DNA of 64,000 nt from Octopus sinensis (lineage: Eukaryota), in contig NC_043013.1 in assembly GCF_006345805.1 (NCBI RefSeq), forward strand, positions 53,940,001 through 54,004,000, given 5' to 3'. This document shows, one piece after another, positions 26,464-40,063 of the stretch (its first letter is position 1; the number at the start of each line of letters is the position of its first letter). Both the position numbers and the translations under genes were made by a program. The notes below the pieces were generated by a model. The model did not search any database. It had not been told where the DNA came from and saw nothing but the letters and a program-made list of their open reading frames with translations.

Positions 26464-27225
26464 TAGTGCCCTTTTTGAAGACAATAGGGAATTAAGCTGT
26501 TGTGTGTAGTAGGTTGAGTAATGTGCAGAAGCTCATTTGTTGGTAATTGGCAAATTTGGGGAGACCAATGAAGGCATTTCCTTGTAACTGTTTTATGCTT
26601 GTTGAATGCAGATAAGTATAGTTTTTCACTAGATTCATTAATATTGAACACGGTATAATTAGAATATGAAAAATTAAAACTAAGGTCAATAGTGTAATTT
26701 AGAGATTCAAATATATATATGATTCATTTTACAAAATATTCTAAATATATAAAAGATGATGTAAATTGTATTTTATTTCTTTCTTTGAAATTAGAAAAAA
26801 AATTACTGTTTTTATAATATGTATCTTAAGTCTGAAGGCTAATTATATTCTAAATATAAACTTGTTTAAATTTAATTACATTTTAAGATAAGATTTTTGT
26901 AATTTAGTAGGTTAATCAATATTACAAAGCAATATATTTTGTGTCTTTAAAAATGGAGCAATATTTTTATGAACATTTATGAATCAGGTTTAAATATACC
27001 TGGCATTAAATACATAAAATTTGAATTGTTTTAAATCATAAAAACACATAATGCTAAAACATTGGAAACAAGCAATTCAAGTAGGAAATTTTACAGAATC
27101 ATTCCACGTGACAATGTGGTGGTGCCAATAAAATGAATTTCCTCTAATGAATGAGAAACCCTCTTTACTTGCATGAAGTTAAATCCTTTGTTGAAACAAT
27201 AACAATAGATATTGTTATAAATTAC

Positions 27226-27615
27226 ATGGTTGTGTGTTTAAGTTTGCTTTCCAGCCATGGAGTTTTGTTTGAAGTGCCACCCAGAGCATGGCACCTTGGA
27301 TTAGTGTCATCTACTAAAGCTCTAACAAAAGCCTTGAGAGTAGATTTGGTGGATGGAATCAGAAAGAAAACCATTATACATGTTTGCTTGACTCCCTATT
27401 TTGACACTCTGTGAAAGCTGTAAATGAGTGTGACTGCCATACAAATGGTGTCATTTATTTCCAGTCTTTTGTGAAGACATGTTTGGTCATGGGGAAACAT
27501 TACCTTCTTGGATAGAAGTGAGCGTTGGTGTGAAGAAGGGCATCATAGAAAATTTTCTCAAATTCTGTCTGACCTATGCAAACATGGAAAAGTAGATATC
27601 AAAATGACGATGATG
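27226..27615 (+). mobile_element. Old SINE with family A-like head/core and RTE-type tail
   Basis: catggcaccttgg...gatttggtggatggaatc core; gaagaagggcatc...aacatggaaaagtagatatcaaaatgacgatgatg tail. Confidence 0.7.
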
Positions 27616-27645
27616 TATATGTAACGATCTAAATTGCATATTTAC

Positions 27646-27677
27646 CTGGCAGTGCAAGTCTTATGTTCAACTGCAGT
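27646..27677 (-). other. Candidate 32-nt exon
   Basis: Acceptor ggtttttctcttatttactacag, donor CAG|gtaaat; open as TAVEHKTCTA or LQLNIRLALP. Confidence 0.3.
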
Positions 27678-28134
27678 CTGTAGTAAATAAGAGAAAAACC
27701 ATATGAGCACAAAGCAATCTAGTAACAAACTGAATGATGGAGGAATGGAATAAAGTACATTTTAAAAGCATTTCTATATGTCTTCTCTTAATCCTTGCTT
27801 ATTATTAAGTTTCACTCATTGACTCTACAGAACACACTACAATCATATTGTCTTTTGAAAACTTAGGTTATCACAGGCTAATGGTATTCAAGCCAAGAAA
27901 ATACTAAATTATGATATATTCTAAAGTTACATGAAAATCTCTTAATTATTTATATTAGTTGTTTCAAGAATCACTGATCACTTTAGTTCATTAGAAAACT
28001 GGCTTCCTGGAAATTTTTCATCGTTTATGCAACATTCTTTGTTTTAACAAGGACATTTTTACCTAAAGCAAACTACCCTAAAATTTCATTTTAACATTGA
28101 CATAAGACTACATGTTGGGGAAGGATATAGTTTG

Positions 28135-28290
28135 AATTGATTCCAGTACTAGAGTATTCCTTTAACCCTTTCATCCTTATGGAGATTAATAAAATAAAGT
28201 TGATCTTGGTGGAATTTGAACTCAAAATGTAAAGGGCTATAACTAAATAACTTTTTGTTGGACACTTTCATTACCTGCCAACTGGCCACC
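28135..28290 (-). mobile_element. Degenerate family B-like SINE
   Basis: aaagttgatcttggtggaatttgaactcaaaatgtaaag matches the B-box/core region. Confidence 0.5.
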
Positions 28291-28759
28291 CTAATCTACA
28301 TTAGTATTGTTGCTTGGTAGCCATCAAATCATTTTTCTTTACAGAAATTTGATTTCCCATATTTAATGTGTGTGTGCCTTTGATTTATGTTGTAGTTTGG
28401 TCATAAGATTTACTTTACATTTTCTTCTGTTCCTGGATTAAGCTTGTTAATTCTGATCCAGTCATATTGTAAGGAATATTAAGAAGTGGGTGTATAAAAC
28501 TTTTTTAAACTTCTGAACATCAAAAGCTGTTAATAATGTAGTGAATGACGGTTTAATTACATTTGATTTTCCAATTTATTCCAATAATTGAGAAATATTT
28601 CATTTTTCTCATAGATATAGAATCGATTTTGTCTTGCAGATTTTGTTCAAGGTACATCTTTACAATTTAATAAACTCCACCACTGAGTGATAAATTTATA
28701 TCACACAACACAGACTAGTGGTCAGTGATTTAAGGATAATAGCTAGACTGACCGAGAGA

Positions 28760-29578
28760 CATATGACAATCTAGAGAAGGAAGACTGGGAAACTGAAAGA
28801 CTGTTTTACCTGACATATGTTCAGAAAAGTTGTATGGAAGAAAGGAGGAGAGAGGAACTTACTGCATAGTGAGGAACTGGAGGCTTCTCTGAGATAAACT
28901 GTTGTAGGCAACAGACTAGAGATGTGACAAGTTTCACCCATATGGAAGTTGCCATGGTGATGGAATATTACAATAGATACAACCATAAAAGCTGATCAGA
29001 TGGCCAACAAGGATTGGAAGAAAGTAGGGAAGCGAAGAACAGTATTATTGAGCTGCTGTAAGTTTACTTATCTGGAGAAGAAGCAGAAACCAAGTGGTGT
29101 GTATGCGTTCTGTGACGTGAGGACCAGTAATGTGAGGATTGCAAAAGAGTGAGGATTGAGAAGAGATTTGGAATGACAATGGTGCACTTTTGATTATTGT
29201 AGCTTTTTCTAGTGAGGGTAAGAAAGGGACAAAAGCAGCACAGGAAATAGGAGAATGTCTTCAGCCTTGCTTGGGAATAGTGACTAGGAGACCTTTCTGT
29301 TTCTGGTGAATGAGCAACTAGAAACAACATAAGGACATTCTCTAGTCTTGATGGCAATCCCTCTAGTGATGATGCCACAAATGTAACCTGTACCCTCTGT
29401 AAAGTGGTTGGTGATAAGGAGGTAATGGCTGTAGAATCCATGCCAAAAATGTAATGTACAAATGTGATCCTTGACCTGTCTAGGAAGCTTATAACTTTTA
29501 ACAAGTCTTGGATTGTAATGCTCTGTTCAACTCATGCCAATGTTGGAAAATGGACATACAATGATGATGATGAAGATG
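28760..29578 (+). mobile_element. Degenerate RTE LINE 3' remnant
   Basis: Weak similarity to the RT C-terminus of the 43159 element; typical tail catgccaatgttggaaaatggacatacaatgatgatgatg. Confidence 0.5.
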
Positions 29579-30274
29579 CTAAATAGTTGAGTACTGGTAA
29601 TGTGGTTCTTCACATTATCACTGATTCTTCAGCTGGTTGGTTGACATGGTCAACTGCAAATCTCTTGATCACATGTGGGATACATTCAAATAAAGTTGAT
29701 TACTTAACTAACTGTAAAACCTGAGGCAATTAATATATACTACTATGTTTGTGAACCAATATGAGATTATAAATGCTAAACACTGAAACATAGCTTGAAA
29801 GTGTTGTGTACTGAGCTAGCTGAAATATTTCCTTTTGTACTATTTAGTATATCTAATTTATTCGAATTCATCAAACTAGAAATAAATTGAGAATAATATA
29901 TTCAATGTCACTTCAATTTATTGTTAGTGCTGAAACAGCACAAGGAATGATGCTGAACATAAAATCAAAGTGGGTTCTTTCTCTGTAACTTGTAACTATT
30001 TCTCATGATTTTCTAAAACGCTGACCAACTCAGCTACAAGTAGAATAGAACATTTTTGAGGTTAAAATAGAAACTGGTTTTTATTTACTTAGTTCCTGTA
30101 ATTAAAGACAAAAATATTTTAGTGCACCATTAATTTTTTCCTATTGAGTAGACTGAGATTGTAATATCACAAACTTAAATGTCTCTCAATGTACTTAGTT
30201 TTTGTTCTTTCATGTTATGGGTTCAAGTCCCATTCATAATGTTGCTAACTTCCTTATTAAATTTTTAAATCCAT

Positions 30275-30480
30275 TTCATCTTTATAGTTCTTTTACACCA
30301 GCTTTCCATGCTGGCATGGCTTGGATGGGACATCACTGCTCAAGTAATTTGTTATTGGGGTTGCTACTCTGATAAACTGGTGCTTGTACAAGTAATTTAG
30401 CTTAGTTACTATGTTTGGATACCCTTCCTATGACCACTTCACAGAATATTCTCATGGCACTAGAAGGATTGTGTTGCTCA
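30275..30480 (-). mobile_element. Degenerate RTE-type 3' tail
   Basis: tttccatgctggcatggcttggatgg and ggatacccttccta are the reverse complement of tail motifs. Confidence 0.45.
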
Positions 30481-30539
30481 CCAATCCCTCTAGAGGGAAT
30501 GTGCGGTGGAGAAAGGGATGATGGTGGAAAGGCTAGAAA

Positions 30540-30771
30540 AGGTGGTGAGCTGGCAGAAACGTTAGCACGCTGGGCGAAATGCGTAGCCGTATTTCGTCTG
30601 CTGCTATGTTCTGAATTCAAATTCCACTGAGGTTGACTTTGCCTTTCATCCTTTCAGGGTCGATAAATTAAGTACCAGTTACGCACTGGGGTCAATGTAA
30701 TCGGCTTAATCCGTTTGTCTGTCCTTGTTTGTCGCCTCTGTGTTTAGTCCCTTGTGAGTAGTAAAGAAATA
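30540..30771 (+). mobile_element. Full-length young SINE family B with 14-bp TSD
   Basis: A-box-like TGGCAGAAACG, B-box-like GAATTCAAATTCC, core gttgactttgcctttcatcctttcagggtcgataaattaagtaccag; TSD ggaaaggctagaaa at 30526-30539 and 30772-30785. Confidence 0.95.
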
Positions 30772-31339
30772 GGAAAGGCTAGAAATGAGAATGTGTAGAT
30801 GAAGATGTTGAATAATGTAGGGCATTTATTCAAGTGACCAAAGAGGAGATTCAGAGAGAGAGTAAGCAATGTCAGAAGAAAGAGCAGAATAGGTGGATGA
30901 AAGGAGCAAGTGTATGACCAATTCTAATTATTTTTATATGGTAATTAATTTAAAAACTGTTCACTTTTATAATTATGTGAAAAACTATATGCTGCTTAAT
31001 GTTTTGATTAAAATATTGGTGTGGAAACAATTTATAATAATTAAGAAGTAACTTTTAGCAGTTCAATTTATTTTCCTTAGTGGTCAATATTAAATATCTT
31101 AATATATGTTCATTGACTTGTAAATATTGGCACCAGTTTAAATTTTGCTCCAACAATTAAATCATAATCTTACAATAACTATAATTAGAAATGTAATAAT
31201 TAGTTTTGTGAACAATAAATCAAGCAGCAGACATGGCACTGTACCATTCTCTGCATTTGAGGAAGACTCTTACAACTGATTAAAATTTCTCATTAAACTT
31301 GGAAATTGAAGAATTTCTTTCAAGTGGTCTCAACTGAGA

Positions 31340-31850
31340 TACATTTCACTGTGCTTCATCAGGGATCTCTGTCCCTCGCCATTGGCTTTGCCTGGTCTTC
31401 AGTTTCATGTTGTGCATCTCTGCCAATAACAACGTCATTGTATCAGAGGAGTCTTTATATTCTGTTATAGTGCAGAAGTCTCTAAAATGTAATATTTGAT
31501 AGAGTTTTTGGCTCAGCACTGAAGTGAAGCCAACCCTGTATGAGTAAAAATAGTAGACATAGATATTCTCTTTGGTCATTTACTCATGTCATAAGATGAT
31601 TTGAACCTCCATGTACATTCAATGTGGTCTTGAAGCTTCTTCTTTTATAGACTGTGGTTTAGATTCGTAGAGAAGAATGCAATGTACACAGGCCCTCAAG
31701 AAGGCTTGCCATTTTGACCTCAAGATACTTAATTGCTAGATATTTTCGATCTTGTTACAAACACATCATGCTAGTCTTTTGCATGACAGGAAGTCTTCCT
31801 TACAGTCAGTAGAATAAGGCTGAAGATACAAGAAGTCATTGACCTCCTTG
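31340..31850 (-). mobile_element. RTE LINE RT C-terminal relic (second RTE lineage)
   Basis: Minus-strand fragments EVNDFLYL, KRLA*CVCNK and FLRACVHCILLYES resemble the RTE thumb motif LFRACVESILLYGSETW. Confidence 0.55.
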
Positions 31851-33029
31851 AATTGTTCAATTCAAAGCAAAACAAATGTAGAATTTTGTGAATTTTACCT
31901 TTTGTCTCTGTGAAATTATTTGAAAATTACAGTTTTCACCTTCTGACATTTCTTTTTTTTTTTTTTACCTCATTTATCTCATATCTGATCATATAATATA
32001 GTTATGTCATGAAAGTACCATTCCTGATAATATTTGAACATCCCTCCTTTTACAACATTTTATATTGGTCCATAGGAATTAGGTTCTTTGATTTCATGCA
32101 AATAGCATCAACATTACTGAAATTCATTATTTTCATAGATTTTGACATTTACTGCACAGTATATTGCAGTAACTCAGTTATTTAATGATATTTGACTCTG
32201 CCAATATAACCCATTCACTGTGTTGGAAGAGCAATCATTTTAGTGTACATAAAACATTTTACATTTGTCTTGTTACTCATTCAATTTGATAGGAAGCAAA
32301 ACAACAATTCTGGGAGTTCCAGAGCAAATATCTAAACATCCATCTCCTTACTAATAAAATTCTATTTCAAACTCAATATTAATTCAGCAGACTACAAAAT
32401 AAATATTCAAATACATCTTTCTTCATATTAAAGTCTTCTAATTTTGGTTGAAATTAAAAAATAGATTGTATACAGTTGTTTGCTCAGTAGTTTTTCATAG
32501 GAGGAAATTTCAGTACAATATATATATGCAAGTATAAATCGTTTGCAAGCAAATAAAACTACTTAGAAGTGTGTTTCTTTCATCTCTTAATAATTTTTTC
32601 ACGGAATTAAATTATTGGTATTTGTTTCCTAACTTTGAGAAACATAAAATGTGTGTAGTGTTTTCTTCCCTAAAAGAATTCCTCATCATATTGACCTTTA
32701 ACTGATATTAAAATACTTGCTTCTTTTAATAAGAGATTTGCTAATAGATTGTTCTTTTCAAAAGAAATTTTATTTCATTTCGTTATGTTAATATTCTGAG
32801 GTGTAGAACACCTAATCTCTCACCTCAGTAGTTGATGGCTCACATCTGGCATGAGCACTGAGTGGTATTCATCGCAAAACATTTTAATTTTCAAGTGACC
32901 CACTTGCTTATTACAAGTGAATACAAAACACGGATATAATTCCTGTGAATTCTTTAGATTCCTATGAAAAGTAGATTTTAATGAAAGATAATCTATTAGG
33001 AATCATATAACAATGTTTCAAATAGATGC

Positions 33030-33410
33030 AAGCATAGCTGTGAGGCTAAGAATTTTGCTTTACAACTTTGTGGTTTTGCTTCAACTGTAGCACCTTGGGC
33101 AGGCATCATTGTCTTAGGCTGACCAAGGTCTTGAAGTGAATTTGGTAGGCAGAAACTTTATGGAAGCCTGTTTGATGTATGGGTGTTTATGTATGTGTCC
33201 TCACATTGATTTACTTGGGAAGTGGTGATGTGTTTATATCCTTCACAACATGCTGTAGATATGTGGCTTCAATCTACACAGATTTGTCTTTGGAATAAAA
33301 AGTACCTTACATGAAAACAAAATGTGGGTTGGTGTTTGGAGGGACATCATCTGGCTGTAAGATGTTACTCCAACAAGTTTTATCCAACCCATGTCTGCTT
33401 TGAGAAAAGT
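33030..33410 (+). mobile_element. Old SINE (family A-like head/core, RTE-type tail)
   Basis: catagctgtgaggctaag...gcaccttgggcagg...ggctgaccaagg...gaatttggtaggcagaaac; tail ttatccaacccatg. Confidence 0.55.
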
Positions 33411-35089
33411 TCACTAGAAAAATATTTTTATCTGGAGGAATGAAAAGCAAATCTCATTGTAATTTATTCACTTAACCAGGATTTAGTGCCAATAAGTTGT
33501 CTGACAGTAAAATGAGTCTTTGAAGCAGAGTGGAAAGTATTAAAATACTTGTAGAGTCAAAATATATTTATTTGGTTACTACTCAAATATTAAACAACAG
33601 AAACTTTACTTTGTGTTATACTAATTTATCAGGCAGAGAAAATATATTTCCATATTAATGTATTCAGAAATTTATTTCTATGTTTAAAGAATTTCTCAAC
33701 TTGGAATAATATGGAAATAAATAAATAGTTGAATCTTGTAGAACACAGACTAACCATGTAAAATTATAATTGCAAAGACAGTGTTAAATATTTCATATCA
33801 CTGACCCGATTCATTTTGCTTCTATACCTGCTTACATTTACTTTTATCAGAATTAGAGATAATGCATGAAACTTTGAGATGGGGCAATTAATGGCAGTCA
33901 GGGTAACATTTTGTATGATAAAGCCTTTATAATTGGAATGGCTGGCTGAAGACTGGATGTTCTTTTAAGTCTCAAACATTAAATTTCTTATGACTAAATC
34001 AGTGTGATTTCAAGAGGAAAATTAACTGAAAGACTTCTAAGAGTTGTTCCTCTATAAAAGTCAATTTCATACTATCACATCAAATGCTTCATTTCACTTG
34101 AAGCCATGAATAAATTTATTTATATTTTATTCCACAAGTAATTATAGTCAAGTCTGCATGCAGACAGAAAGGAATTAAAAGTCACTTTCATTTATAAGAT
34201 TCCCACTTCAGAAACGATAAATCCATCCTATTCTGGATGGTCTTGTAAGTTCTTACTACTGTTCAGAATACTGGCATAAATTCTGATAATATAACAAAGA
34301 ATTATGATGGCATTTTAACTGAGCTTTTCTGATTTACTTTGAGGATTGTCATTTCACTGTAGGAAGAAGGAAAGTAATAAAAATCACTTCATGGAATGGT
34401 GGAGAAAAAAATTATTTTGAATATTTTGACTTTAACTTATCTTCAATCTTGAACTGAAAATTTTAAGCTGAACTGTAAACTGTAAGTTACACCACAATCA
34501 TTACAGAAAACCCCCATTTTATGGAAATGCCCTAATCCTGAAAATCTTATTGTAATATGGAATTCCATAACCATAATGCAAAACTTGTTTTCCCATTTGA
34601 TATCCTTATGGATCTTTGGCATGGGTACTCCACACTTCTGTAAGGTTTTCGTGAATCCAATACTACTGCTTGTATAACATCTGCCAAAAATGCAGAGTGA
34701 AAGCAGGTGTAGGCTGTAGTACTCATATCTAAGTAGACTGTATTTGAGATGTTTGTGAGAATAGTTAATTTTTAGTCTCAAATACTTAATATGCTTCTTT
34801 ACTATGTAGTGTTCTCAACAGCTGTCACCATATAAATGTAACAAGTAAGATTACTATACTGATGCTTAAATATCAGAATTGGATGCTGTCGGTGTTGTTC
34901 ATTGTTGGCTGTCTATTTCAAATCTTTCGTTTCAGAGCTTGGAACTTGTTTAATTGCAATAGCAAAGAAAATTCATTTTCTTACCCTTTATATATTAAAA
35001 TATATTTGTAAACTAGATATTCAGAATACAACTGCTTCAAATGTTAGCACAAGTCTTGAAATTTGTGGAGAGGCGGGCTTTGTTACATA

Positions 35090-35240
35090 ATTAAATCAAC
35101 CTCAGTATATTTGACTGTTACTTCATTTTATCAATCTCTGAAGGATGAAAAGTAAAGTTGACTTTGATGATATTTGAACTCAGAACACAAAACCAGAGCA
35201 AAAGTATTGAAAGGCATTTTTTTTCTGATACTCCAACAGT
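35090..35240 (-). mobile_element. Degenerate family B-like SINE
   Basis: gaaggatgaaaagtaaagttgactttgatgatatttgaactcagaac. Confidence 0.55.
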
Positions 35241-36279
35241 ACTGGAATCATACAGTATGTATAGATAGAACTTTTATATCTAAGATGATAGCTGATAGAA
35301 AAAAAAAGGGGGTCACCATTTAAGTTCTTAATCCTAATCTGTTTCATATATTTCCAAGTTCTTTTACAAACAAGAATATAACCTTCAAACATTTTATACT
35401 CCATAAAAGTCTAGAATATGATTTCAAACTGATTATATACGTAAATGATATGTAATGGTTAATATTTCAAATTTTCCCTTAAATTCATAAATATATCATT
35501 TTTCACTTCAACAGAGTATAAATTTCTCTGGGCAATACTTGATTCATTATTTTTACCTTTCCATGATATTCTTTACTGTTTTGAGGATTATTTATTGTAA
35601 TTTTGCTTGCATTTGCCTATATTCACAAGTACACTCATACAGATCTAAATGGACCATTGTTAAAATGTACTCTATTTTTCTGAAAATCTACTTTTCTAAA
35701 AATTACTCTCACTATAGAGACATATAGAAATATGAAAATACTTGAATGTTAATTTTGAAATACAATTTTTCATTAAATTTAAAGAGAAATTATTGAGCAT
35801 ATTACTAAGTTTATTTTGGAATTGACTTTACTGTATACGCACACACACATATATATGATTGAGATTGAGTAGGTGAGATATATCTGAAACAGAAATTTGT
35901 GAATGAAATATGAATAGAAAAGTGCTAGGAAATCATTAAAAAGTAAACATCATAAAAATGAAATAATATTGGAAGCAGATGTAAATGATATAAAATAGAT
36001 AATATACCAGTGAAATGAAATACACTGATGTCAATGATATTTGTTTGCAATGCTATTTAGTTATAATTCCAAGATGAAATAGTTTGAATTAACAAAAATA
36101 ATTCTATTACTAGTTATAAATATAGCAATATTATTGGAATGTAATTATTGCTACTAGTGTTTTATTGAAATAATTATTAGTGAAATAATCATTAAAAATC
36201 TTATTTCTTTCAATATTCAGTTTTTAGATAAGTTATATGTGAAGGCATGGGCCCATTTGCACCTGACTTGTTCTGATAC

Positions 36280-36324
36280 CTGGAAGTTGTATGGTTTATA
36301 ATATTTGAAGAAATTACTTCATCT
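36280..36324 (-). other. Weak candidate 45-nt exon
   Basis: Acceptor actttttcattttcag, donor CAG|gtatca; only one frame open (DEVISSNIINHTTS). Confidence 0.22.
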
Positions 36325-36899
36325 CTGAAAATGAAAAAGTCTATGGATATTTACATCTATACTCTGTTTCTGTCAGTTTAAACTCTAATCGTCATTAGGA
36401 ATAACTGATCAAAATATGTATAAATCTGAATGTTGAAATACTTTTCATTTCTAGAGATGAGATTATTAATAGTTTAGAAAATTACAATTGCAATCAACTA
36501 GATTTTAAATCTGTATCCAGGAAACTGAGTATCATAAACACTATACTAAACATTAAAATCAAAATTAAGGGGTTGTTCAGGTCTCAGCTTCACTATCATT
36601 ATTTTTCTTTTTTACTTTCAAAGCTTTCATTAAACTAGCTTTACCGTTAACCATTTCTGTTCAATTTTATAAACTTCTAAGCTTTTAAAATATATTTAAA
36701 AATAAATACATTAATAAAAAATTTGTTATAGATATTTTCCTCATATTGATGTTGGTGTAATTTCTCTGTAATTTTTAGAAATTATATTAGTTTTTGAGCA
36801 ACTTTTATTATAAAGCATAAATGTTCTTGATTATTGGGACTATCTTAAAACATTAAAACCTTATTCTCTCCAGTACAACTGTAAGTGTTGTAACATTTG

Positions 36900-37200
36900 C
36901 AAAATGCAGGGACTATATTACCAACATTGCCCAAATGATCTTAACTTTTTATTCAGAATTCATCCAAGACAAGGGCTATGTGCCATTTGCCCCCTGCAAA
37001 ATTCAGGCTCACAACACACAGATTCACTGCCACAAAATTTTCCTCAACAGCTCCTGCTCTATTTAACATTATCCTAAAGCAAACTGAAGAAAAAGATCTT
37101 ATCTTCAACTGAAATCTGAAATCTTCAAGCGATACCAGATGAGCCATCTAAACCTGGATCCATTGCAGTCAACTTCTCGAATGGGCCATGACACCACAAA
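36900..37200 (+). mobile_element. Degenerate CR1/L2-group LINE 3' end
   Basis: Frameshifted fragments HPRQGLCAICP, FSSTAPALFNII, AIPDEPSKPG and LLEWA follow the C-terminal pattern of CR1/L2-like ORF2. Confidence 0.5.
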
Positions 37201-37637
37201 GCATGACTTCAAAAATAATTTAACAGATCCTATTAGGTGGTGCTATTAAGTTAGAGATGGCCTGGACTAATGTTTGGCTGAATCATATCTAAACCATCTA
37301 AATTCATAAGACCATTTTTTTGCCTGTTAATTAGATATATGAAGCCTGTTTTGGTGAAGCGCTGTGACAAGTTGACTTGAAACCTCATTACAGCTGGCTG
37401 TAGATTTGTTATTAGCTGAATCAATTCCCCACTTGTTCTACAGAACATTAACATCATCAAATTTGGTTAGTTGTGTGTGTCATTTAGCAGAATGGAACTG
37501 ATTTACTTTGAATAAAAGAATTATTCATAGCAAATGAAATTAGTTTTTCAGTTAGTTAAACATTGCATAAATTCATTTCACCATTTGAAAACATGATATT
37601 AAGCTTTAAGAATGAACGAGTGCATAGACTTACTTAC

Positions 37638-37676
37638 CATTTATAAATAGGTGCAATGCATGCAAGAATGTCAAAG
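37638..37676 (-). other. Candidate 39-nt exon of an unidentified gene
   Basis: Acceptor ttttttttgtctttttattgtcacag, donor ATG|gtaagt (near consensus); multiple of 3; open as LTFLHALHLFIN or FDILACIAPIYK. Confidence 0.5.
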
Positions 37677-38982
37677 CTGTGACAATAAAAAGACAAAAAA
37701 AAATGTTCCCCAAATTAATCATGCAACCAAAATGAAAGAAATAAAACATGAATGGAGCATGTTAAAGAAAAAAAATGAATCCACTTTTTACCAAAAGCAT
37801 GCTTATTAATATCATATAAGTGATCTGTACAATGGAAGAGTGATTTTGCTAATTAAACATTTTTTATTATAGATGTGGTTTTATGTAAGTAATAGTCTGG
37901 CTGGCAAGTGATCAATATTTTACTTTTAGAACAAAACATTTGTAAAATGTATAGCTTCAAGTCACATACAGTACATTGCTAAAACTTTATCTCTAGTATC
38001 TATTGGGTTTCATTAAACACAGCGATTATGTGTAAAATAGCTGGTTTAATCGACCCTGCCAACTAAACGGTAATTAAGATGCCCTAATCAGTTTACTCTC
38101 AATGAAGAATCAGAGCCATATTTTGACAAACAGAAAAGTTAAGTAGTATTATTCAGTTAATTATATTTTACCTTTAATTACTAGTCTTTCTACAATTATT
38201 TCTTTCTTATATAAACTGAACAGCAAGCATTTCTACTGATTCAGTATGTTTACTTTGAAAAAAGAAAAGCAAAATGACTAATTTTAACAGTTAATTGATA
38301 ATTAAGCTATTATTAATCAAAGAGCACATCTGTAGGATTAAATATCTAAATGCTGGGGATTAGTCAGTCAAAAGATAATTTTTCAGCTTCTCAACTTCAT
38401 CATGAGAGATTCATTTTTTTTACTTTTTATTTTTGCATAATTTTCATGGTTTCAATTAATCTCCAATTGTCATTGACTTATTCCTGGATATATACGGTGT
38501 CTCTGACAACATTCAAACTAAGAAACCTTTATTTCTAATCTTAGAATAATAGCATACTTATCTACAAGTTTTTCTTAAGGGAAAACAGTACCTAACAAAT
38601 TGTAATGAAGTGAATAATTCCTTAAAACTTTTTAAGAATTCAGTAAATGAAACACTGGTTCATCTTTGATCCAAGATTTGTATACAACATAAATAGATTT
38701 TGTTTTTTTCCAGAGCTACATGTCACATAAATATGTTTGAGAATTCAAAAATATGTAAATGTAAAATTCTTTGTCTAATGAAAATCTATGCATTATCATT
38801 TAGGGATTTCTGGCACAGCTGAAGCTAGCATTCATTTTAGTTGTTGTCTGAATGATCATTTTGAGTAAGAATTTCTGTGCAGTGACAGTGAATCAACATT
38901 TTTACAAATAGATATACTCCACATCTGTTACTGAGTTCTCTCTTCTATGTTAACCAAAATGTGTGTGTATGTATGTATATAT

Positions 38983-39310
38983 ATAGCCATGGCTGTATGG
39001 TTAGAAGATTGCTTCCCAACGACATAGTTTCAGATGCTTGGGCAAGCATCTTCTCCTGCAGCCTTGAGCCAACCAAAGCTTTGTTAATGGATTTGGTAGA
39101 CAGAAGCAGAAGGATAGCTATTGTGTGTGTGTTTGCCCCCCCCCAATTCGATAACCAGTATTGGTTTGTTTATGTTCCTGTAACTTACGCTTCAGCAAAA
39201 AAAATTGATAGAGTATCAGGCTTAAAAAAAAACTAATTCATTCAACTGAAAATTCTCGAAGGTGGTGCCCCAGGGTGATTGCAGTCGAATGACTGAAACA
39301 GATAAAAGAT
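38983..39310 (+). mobile_element. Degenerate SINE family A
   Basis: ggctgtatggttagaag head, gatttggtagacagaagc core, gcagtcgaatgactgaaacagataaaag tail. Confidence 0.75.
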
Positions 39311-39479
39311 TTGTGTGTTTATACACACACACATATACAAAGGACTAGAAAAATTAGGTATATTTTAAATTTCATGTTACATGTGTTTCATTGCAAAATA
39401 GGAATTAGAAAAGTATACATAAAGAAAAAAACATGTATACAATCTCTGACCTGTAATTCTTCAGATAAATATTCATGGA

Positions 39480-39805
39480 GGTGTTGGGCCTCATGGAAGC
39501 AATGGGCCTCATGGAGACAATGGCGAATGACTGAGACTTGGGCATTCTATTGTACTTGAGAAAAAGAGCCATCAAGCCAAGTAGAACTGCAGTCATGGCA
39601 GATATTGGTGTCACACAAATGGCACCTGTGCCAGTGGCATGTAAAAGCACCCATTACACTCTTGGAGTGGTTGGCGTTAGGAAGGTCATCCAGCTGTAGA
39701 AACCATGCCAAAACAAACTGGAGTCTGGTGCAGACTTCCAGCTCTGATCAGACTGCCAGACCATTTTTCAGCATGGACAATGAATGTTAAATGATGGTGG
39801 TGATG
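39480..39805 (+). mobile_element. RTE LINE 3' end/UTR fragment
   Basis: LGLMEAM codons, then tgtgccagtggcatgtaaaagcaccc and gttaggaaggtcatccagctgtagaaac; degenerate GAT tail. Confidence 0.75.
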
Positions 39806-40063
39806 TGTATGTGTTTGCATGGTTGTCTAGATGGCTGCCTGATATGTAACAGAATTGATTTAAATTTGTTGAAATATTTTGGATTGTTGAAAATGAAAGA
39901 ACGCTGTCGTGATATTTCAGAAGATATCAGCACTTATGTAGGAAGGAAAGAAATTAATTCATTTTGTTTGTCCAATGTTTTCATGCATGTGAATAAAAGT
40001 AGCTTTTCAATTATACACAACTGCTGCATGGCATCAGATTGTTGGCAAGCTTTAGTGAAGTCT

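Noticed and set aside
34443-34781. 112-aa minus-strand ORF containing a good acceptor (tttttggcag)
   Set aside because: No convincing donor and no recognisable protein; left unresolved.
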